A stretch of DNA of 64,000 nt from an uncultured delta proteobacterium (GTDB lineage: Bacteria; Desulfobacterota; Desulfobaccia; Desulfobaccales; 0-14-0-80-60-11). Shown here in pieces: positions 58,450 through 64,000 of the stretch; position 1 is the stretch's first letter, and each line of letters opens with the position of its first letter. A model generated the notes under the pieces. That model did no database searches, was not told the DNA's origin, and saw nothing but the letters and a program-made list of their open reading frames with translations. Where the stretch lies: NCBI GenBank assembly GCA_963812015.1, contig CAWETI010000002.1, positions 1,536,001 to 1,600,000 of the forward strand, given 5' to 3'. A program made the translations under genes and the position numbers.

Positions 58450-59826
58450 TTGACTCAGTTTACCTTACTGCCGAATGCGCCCGGAGCCGCCCCAACCTTG
58501 GAAACCCTACCACCGGATTGCAAAAACCTCGAATCTATCCTGGACCACCTCCCGGATGGGATCATCTGCCATGATCGGGAGCGGCGGATTATCTGTTTCA
58601 ACCGGGCGGCGGAAGTCTTAACCGGTTACGCCCGGGCCGAGGTTGTGGGCCGGGACTGCCATGAGGCCTTTGGACGGCCGTTTTGCGGCAATCAATGCTC
58701 CTTTTGCGGGCAGGCGCCGGAGACCTGGACCAACCTCAACTACCCCCTCAATATTGTCACCAAGACTGGCGAACCCAAACAGGTCCAGATGGCGGTGGTG
58801 GGCATGAAGGATGCGGAGGGGCACCTGACCGGAGTGCTCGCCACGATCCGGGACATCACCAGCCTGGTGGGTTTGAAATTCTGGACCGAAGAATCAACCG
58901 GCTTCGCGGGCATTGTCGGGCGGGACCCCAAGATGGTCCAGATCTACCGGCAAATTCAAAAATTGGCGGAGCATGACTATCCCGTACTGATTACCGGGGA
59001 GACCGGCACGGGCAAAGAGTTGGTGGCGGCCGCGATTCACAGCGAAAGCCGGCGCCATCACGGCCCTTTTGTGCCGGTGAATTGTGGGGCCCTGCCCGAA
59101 GGCGTGGTAGAAAGCGAGCTTTTCGGGCACGTCAAAGGCGCCTTTTCCGGGGCGGTACGGGATAAAAAGGGGCGTTTCGAGCTGGCCCACGGGGGCACGA
59201 TCTTTCTGGATGAGGTGGCCGAGCTGGCCAAGAACCTCCAGGTAAAATTGCTGCGGGTTTTGGAAAACCACACCTTTGAGCGGGTGGGGGGCGAGAAGTC
59301 CATCACCGTGGACGTGCGGGTGCTCAGCGCCACCAACCGGGATCTCAAACGGGAAGTAGAAAAGCAGCGGTTTCGGGAAGACCTCTATTATCGCCTCAAC
59401 GTGGTGCCCCTGAAGCTGCCGCCCCTCCGGGAGCGACCGAACGACATCCCCCTGCTGCTGGAATATTTTCTGGAGCAGGCCAGGGGCCGGGGCCAGGCAG
59501 CCCCGCGGTTTTCCCCGGAAGCCGTAGCCCTCATGAGGCAGTATCCCTGGCCGGGGAATGTGCGGGAACTGCAGAACGCGGTGCATTATGTCCTGGCCGG
59601 TTGCCAGGGCGAGGTGGCGGGGCCGGATGACCTGCCCCCGGAAATCAGGCAGGGCCGTCCGCTCCGGGGGCCCGCCCCCAAGCTCAATCCGGAGGCCGTA
59701 ACGGCCGCCTTGCAGCAGTGCGGCGGCAACAAGGTCAAAGCCGCCAGACTGCTGGGGGTGGGCAGGGCCACCCTCTACCGCTTTCTGGTGTCCCATGAGG
59801 CATCTTTGTCTCACGAAGCAAGGTGA
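58450..59826 (+). CDS. PAS-domain sigma54-dependent enhancer-binding protein
   Basis: PAS FNRAAEVLTGY, GETGTGKE, GAFSGA, WPGNVREL, HTH LLGVGRATLYR; start uncertain. Confidence 0.93.
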   Translation: MTQFTLLPNAPGAAPTLETLPPDCKNLESILDHLPDGIICHDRERRIICFNRAAEVLTGYARAEVVGRDCHEAFGRPFCGNQCSFCGQAPETWTNLNYPLNIVTKTGEPKQVQMAVVGMKDAEGHLTGVLATIRDITSLVGLKFWTEESTGFAGIVGRDPKMVQIYRQIQKLAEHDYPVLITGETGTGKELVAAAIHSESRRHHGPFVPVNCGALPEGVVESELFGHVKGAFSGAVRDKKGRFELAHGGTIFLDEVAELAKNLQVKLLRVLENHTFERVGGEKSITVDVRVLSATNRDLKREVEKQRFREDLYYRLNVVPLKLPPLRERPNDIPLLLEYFLEQARGRGQAAPRFSPEAVALMRQYPWPGNVRELQNAVHYVLAGCQGEVAGPDDLPPEIRQGRPLRGPAPKLNPEAVTAALQQCGGNKVKAARLLGVGRATLYRFLVSHEASLSHEAR

Positions 59827-59948
59827 GAAGTTTTGTCGTAACTTCCTCTGAAAGATCAAGCTCTTATCTTAAGTGGGGCGGAGGTGTCTCATGGCCGCCG
59901 GCCGGCCCTCTCAGGTAGTTGATCCGTCCTCACCTCTTGCCTGGTTAG

Positions 59949-59961
59949 TAAGCCATTGATT
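59949..59961 (-). promoter_or_regulatory. IHF binding site
   Basis: minus strand AATCAATGGCTTA fits WATCAA-N4-TTR exactly. Confidence 0.6.
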
Positions 59962-60000
59962 TTCCTAGACATGATGATTATAAGATCAGGGGCAGACGGG

Positions 60001-60016
60001 TGGCACAAATCTTGGA
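60001..60016 (+). promoter_or_regulatory. sigma54 (-24/-12) promoter
   Basis: TGGCACAAATCTTGGA vs consensus TGGCAC-N5-TTGC; -12 C replaced by G; downstream of an EBP gene and an IHF site. Confidence 0.6.
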
Positions 60017-60083
60017 TTAAGAAAGGGCAAGGTTCGGGGAAGGACCAGGGAACCCCCCGGGAAATTCAATCAGGAACTTGCCC

Positions 60084-60287
60084 ATGGCGCCTACGAATGA
60101 ATGCCTCAAAAGGACTCTGGAGTTGGCCGAACGCATGCTGAAGCTGGCCGACGAAGGAGATGCGGCCCGCAAAGACGTGGGGTGCGGCGTGCTTTACGGG
60201 GTTTTGCGGGATTCGGCTTACCGCATCAAGAAACTGGCCGAGTCGGAGCGCCAGGCCCACATCAAAAAAGGCGGCTGGGAAACATAG
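60084..60287 (+). CDS. small helical hypothetical protein (GCGVLYG motif)
   Basis: 67-aa ORF with AGGA SD, first gene after the sigma54 promoter. Confidence 0.7.
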   Translation: MAPTNECLKRTLELAERMLKLADEGDAARKDVGCGVLYGVLRDSAYRIKKLAESERQAHIKKGGWET

Positions 60288-60303
60288 GTTAAAGGAGCAC
60301 AGC

Positions 60304-60462
60304 ATGCAAGACTACCAGTGTGACATATGCGGTTATCTCTACGAACCATCTAATGGCAACCCGGGGGCGAATATTCCCCCCAACACCGCGTTTGAAAATC
60401 TCCCTGCCGATTGGGTCTGTCCCATCTGCGGAGCCGGGAAAGACCAGTTCACCGCGGTTTAA
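60304..60462 (+). CDS. rubredoxin
   Basis: MQDYQCDICGYLY...LPADWVCPICGAGKDQF; AAGGAG SD. Confidence 0.95.
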   Translation: MQDYQCDICGYLYEPSNGNPGANIPPNTAFENLPADWVCPICGAGKDQFTAV

Positions 60463-60564
60463 TGAGCCTTTAAATCCGGGAGAAACCTGAAAAGGCCCCC
60501 ACCGGGGTGAACCTGAAAGAGCCAACCCAGAAGCAACCATGACACTTTTGCACAGGAGGAAACC

Positions 60565-61059
60565 ATGACGAAATCCGAACAATTTTTGATGGAAGCGTTT
60601 GCCGGTGAATCGCAGGCCAACCGTAAGTATTTGGCGTTTGCCAAGCAGGCGGAGAAAGAAGGCTATCCCCAGGTGGCCAAGCTCTTTCGGGCCGCCGCCG
60701 CGGCGGAAACCGTCCATGCCCACGCCCATCTTAGGGTGGCGGGCGGCATTAAGACTACTGCGGAAAACCTCAAGGCGGCCATCTCTGGGGAAACCCACGA
60801 ATTTGAGCATATGTATCCGGAAATGATTGCCGCGGCCCAGGCCGAAGGCAACAAGGCGGCGGAACGCTCCTTCTCCTATGCCAATGAGGTGGAAAAGGTC
60901 CACGCCGGCCTGTACGAGAAGGCCCTGGCCAACCTGGGCAAAGAGGAAGGCGTGGACTACTACGTGTGTTCCGTCTGCGGCTACACCTGTGAAAACGAGC
61001 CCCCCGAGAAGTGCCCGGTGTGCAACAGCGGCGCCAAGGCATTTTCCAAGGTGGTCTAA
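60565..61059 (+). CDS. rbr: rubrerythrin
   Basis: AFAGESQA, ETVH, ETHE, EKVH di-iron ligands; C-terminal CSVCG...CPVC. Confidence 0.95.
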   Translation: MTKSEQFLMEAFAGESQANRKYLAFAKQAEKEGYPQVAKLFRAAAAAETVHAHAHLRVAGGIKTTAENLKAAISGETHEFEHMYPEMIAAAQAEGNKAAERSFSYANEVEKVHAGLYEKALANLGKEEGVDYYVCSVCGYTCENEPPEKCPVCNSGAKAFSKVV

Positions 61060-61159
61060 GGCAATTGCGACCCGCCGGCCACCACCGAGTGACCGGCGGA
61101 ACCCATGACGGCCGAGACCGGGTCAAGGGCCCGGGGCTGGCGGTAAGGAGAGTTAAGCA

Positions 61160-61534
61160 ATGACGGAGAAACTGCAAATCTACAAATGTGAAGTCTGCGG
61201 CAATATCGTTGAGATGCTCCACGGCGGGGCCGGTCAGTTGGTATGTTGCGGCCAGCCGATGAAGCTCTATCAGGAAAACACGGTGGATGCCGCTAAAGAG
61301 AAACACGTGCCGGTGATCGAAAAGACCGCCGAGGGCATCAAGGTGAAAGTGGGGAGCGTGGCCCACCCCATGGAGGAGAAACACTATATCGAGTGGATCG
61401 AAGTTATTGCGGACGGCAAGGCCTACCGGGCATTCCTCAAACCGGGGGAGGCGCCGGAAGCGACGTTTGCACTCAAGGCCGAGAAGGTTACGGCCCGGGA
61501 GTACTGCAATCTCCACGGTTTGTGGAAATCGTAA
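61160..61534 (+). CDS. dfx: desulfoferrodoxin (2Fe superoxide reductase)
   Basis: YKCEVCGN...CCG, EKHVP, HPM, HYIEW, CNLHGLW. Confidence 0.96.
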   Translation: MTEKLQIYKCEVCGNIVEMLHGGAGQLVCCGQPMKLYQENTVDAAKEKHVPVIEKTAEGIKVKVGSVAHPMEEKHYIEWIEVIADGKAYRAFLKPGEAPEATFALKAEKVTAREYCNLHGLWKS

Positions 61535-61613
61535 GCCTTGGCCGGTGACCACCGGCAGAATGACAGCCAGGCCGCCGGGGTTGCCGACCGGCGGCCCCGG
61601 CGGCCGAACCTGG

Positions 61614-61651
61614 AGCGCTGCCCCGTAGCGGGGGATGGCGCTTTTTTGTTT
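61614..61651 (+). terminator. intrinsic terminator after dfx
   Basis: agcgctgcccc...gggggatggcgct followed by a T-run. Confidence 0.6.
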
Positions 61652-61830
61652 CCGGGGGGGCCGGATAGGCCCCCTAATAGGGGTCCCCGGATGGCTCCGA
61701 GATCGCCTCATCTTGAGGAATGGAACCCAGATTGTAGATATTTTTTTGCGGTTTTTGGGCTAAGTCAAAGACTAGCCGGTCAAGACGTATTATTTTGAGG
61801 AGCATTAACCAGCGACGGGAGGCGATCTGC

Positions 61831-63102
61831 ATGAAAAATTTAGTTATTTTGGGGCATGGCACCGGCGGCACCATCATCGCCGCCAAGATGCGGCAAAAAC
61901 TGCCGGAGAAGGAATGGCAGATAACCGTAATCGACCGGGACTGGCAGCACCACTACCAGCCCGGCTGGCTCCTGATTCCTTTTGGGATTTACACCGCGGC
62001 GGACTGCGTCAAGCCCAAGGCTAAATTTGTGCCTCCTGGGGTCAAGTTTATTCTGGACGATATCACCGGGATTGATCCGGTCAAAAAGCAGGTCAAAACC
62101 GGGCGGGACACCTATCCCTATGATTGGCTGGTGGTGGCCACCGGCTGTCGCATCATGCCGGAAGAAGTGGAGGGCCTGACCACCGGATGGGGCGAGGCTA
62201 TCCATAATTTCTACACCCCAGACGGCGCCGTCGCCCTATGTGAGAAGCTGAAGTATTTCGACAAGGGCAGGGTGGTGCTCAACATCGCCGAGTTGCCCTT
62301 TAAATGCCCGGTGGCGCCCCTGGAATTCGTCTTCATGGCCGACTGGTTTTTCACCATCAACGGCGTGAGGGACCGTGTGGAAGTCGAACTGGTGACGCCG
62401 CTACCGGGGGCCTTTACCAAACCCAAGGCCGCGGAGATCCTGGGCCAGATATGTGAGCAGAAAAAGATCAAGGTCACCCCCAATTACCAACTCGCCGAGG
62501 TGGACTCGGAAAAAAAGATTCTCAAGTCTTATCAAGGCCAGGAGGTCCCCTATGATCTTTTGGTCTCCATTCCGCCGAACTTCGGGGCCCAATGCATCAT
62601 CGACAGCCAGATGGGGGACCCTATGGGCTATGTGGAGACCGATAATTTTACCTTGAAGGCCAAGAAATTCGACCATATTTTCGTGGTGGGTGACGCCGCC
62701 AACGTGCCCACTTCCAAGGCGGGATCCGTGGCCCACTATGAGGCCGATGTGATTTGCGACAACCTGCAGCGGGAAATCGACGGCCATGAAGCCAAGCCCG
62801 ATTACGACGGCCACTCCACCTGCTTCGTGGTCACGGGATACAGCCAGGGTTCTCTGCTGGATTTCAACTATAAGATCGAACCCTTGCCGGGTAAGTATCC
62901 TTTCCCCGGCCTGGGGCCCTTTGACCTGCTGGGCGAGAGTTTTGTCAACTATATGGGCAAGATGATGTTCCGGTGGACCTATTACAACCTGATGCTCAAA
63001 GGCAGCCACCTGCCCCTGGAAAGCCAGTTCGTGATGGCCGGCAAGGTACGCGGCATTCTTGCTCCGGATATCGAGATGCCCCTGAGAAGGAGGCGGCCAT
63101 GA
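61831..63102 (+). CDS. sulfide:quinone oxidoreductase-like flavoprotein (type III-like)
   Basis: GHGTGG, HYQPG, FKCPVAP, GDAANVPTSKAGS, YDGHSTCF; GGGAGG SD before ATG 61831. Confidence 0.85.
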   Translation: MKNLVILGHGTGGTIIAAKMRQKLPEKEWQITVIDRDWQHHYQPGWLLIPFGIYTAADCVKPKAKFVPPGVKFILDDITGIDPVKKQVKTGRDTYPYDWLVVATGCRIMPEEVEGLTTGWGEAIHNFYTPDGAVALCEKLKYFDKGRVVLNIAELPFKCPVAPLEFVFMADWFFTINGVRDRVEVELVTPLPGAFTKPKAAEILGQICEQKKIKVTPNYQLAEVDSEKKILKSYQGQEVPYDLLVSIPPNFGAQCIIDSQMGDPMGYVETDNFTLKAKKFDHIFVVGDAANVPTSKAGSVAHYEADVICDNLQREIDGHEAKPDYDGHSTCFVVTGYSQGSLLDFNYKIEPLPGKYPFPGLGPFDLLGESFVNYMGKMMFRWTYYNLMLKGSHLPLESQFVMAGKVRGILAPDIEMPLRRRRP

Positions 63103-63797
63103 CCAACGAAGAGCTGATCCTGGAAAGACTCACCCGCATCGAGGCGAGGCTGGATGGAGTCGACCGGGTGGAGCAGCAGATGCAAGCCTTTGCCGGACCC
63201 TGGGAAAATTTGAGTGATCTGGGCCGGGACCTGTCCCTGTTGACGGAGCCTGCGGTCAAGAAGCTGACGGAGGAGATGGTGGAGGTGGAGATCGGGTTTC
63301 AGATGGAGGACTTCTTCGCCCTGATCAAAAAACTCCTGCCAAGCTTGAAATACCTCACCTGGTCCCTGGAACAGATGGAAAACCTCGTCGACTGGTGGCA
63401 GGATATGGAGCCCTTATTGAAGCTGGGGTTCCCCAAGCTGGTCGACTACCTGGATGACCTGGAACAAAAAGGCATATTCCGCATTAATGCGGCGGTTCTG
63501 GAGATGTATGGCAAAATCGCCGCAAATTATAATCCCGAGGATATTGACGCCATGGGCGATGGGTTCGTCCGGATGCATGGCGTGGTCAAGAAATTGTCGA
63601 ATCCCGAGTTGATTCAATTTCTCGACAGGATCATCGACATTCCTCTGGAAATAAATCTGGAGGAGGCCAAGCCGGCCGGTCCCTTTGGCTTGCTCTGGCG
63701 GATGCGGAGTAAAGAGTGCCGGGAAGGATTGGGCGTCTTGGTGGAGCTCACCCGGGCCCTGGGCAAGCTCAAACCGGGTCCGGAGCAGGCGGCTTAG
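63099..63797 (+). CDS. DUF1641-like helical protein
   Basis: AGGAGG SD and ATGA overlap with the SQR-like gene; C-terminal GPFGLLWRM...REGLG...LTRALG. Confidence 0.7.
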   Translation: MTNEELILERLTRIEARLDGVDRVEQQMQAFAGPWENLSDLGRDLSLLTEPAVKKLTEEMVEVEIGFQMEDFFALIKKLLPSLKYLTWSLEQMENLVDWWQDMEPLLKLGFPKLVDYLDDLEQKGIFRINAAVLEMYGKIAANYNPEDIDAMGDGFVRMHGVVKKLSNPELIQFLDRIIDIPLEINLEEAKPAGPFGLLWRMRSKECREGLGVLVELTRALGKLKPGPEQAA

Positions 63798-64000
63798 CCG
63801 GAGGGGGAAAAGGGCTCAAAAAATTCGTCAGAACTTAGCGAGTTCTCCAGTCAGCCGGAGCCTGTGGCTGGTTTAACCGCAAGGGGCCGGGAGATTTAGG
63901 CGCTTGAAGGGAGAGATGGTGAGGGGCCCCGATGCCGGCCAAGTTGCTCCCCCCCCTTGACAGCGAGCCGGCAACCGCATAAAACCTCGGGTAGCCGGCT

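Overview
GC-rich chromosomal window from an anaerobic deltaproteobacterium-like organism (Desulfobacterota-type gene content; taxonomy is inference). It is mostly housekeeping and energy metabolism: class-V aminotransferase-serA, ispE-prs-pth, an 11-subunit complex I (nuoA-D,H-N, no nuoEFG), der, two tandem S41/CtpA genes, split transketolase, gatCA, a K+-independent H+-PPase, LPS/nucleotide-sugar genes, a RimK-like ATP-grasp/7TM-transglutaminase/protease triad, mutM, a sigma54-type oxidative-stress cluster (rubredoxin, rubrerythrin, desulfoferrodoxin) and an SQR-like gene with a DUF1641-like partner. No rRNA, tRNA, CRISPR array or transposase was recognised. Most notable: (1) a two-gene cassette at about 36.36-38.56 kb (GxxExxY PD-(D/E)xK-fold gene plus a DNA methyltransferase fused to an Mrr-like domain) framed by direct and inverted CGCAAAGA octamer micro-arrays, with an abruptly AT-rich, apparently swapped, target-recognition region in the MTase; (2) an apparently catalytically dead CtpA paralog directly upstream of an intact CtpA; (3) a complete UAS-IHF-(-24/-12) sigma54 promoter layout; (4) REP-like palindromes, a MITE-like element and short-oligomer arrays in intergenic DNA. 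All product calls come from motif recognition by eye, with no database searches.
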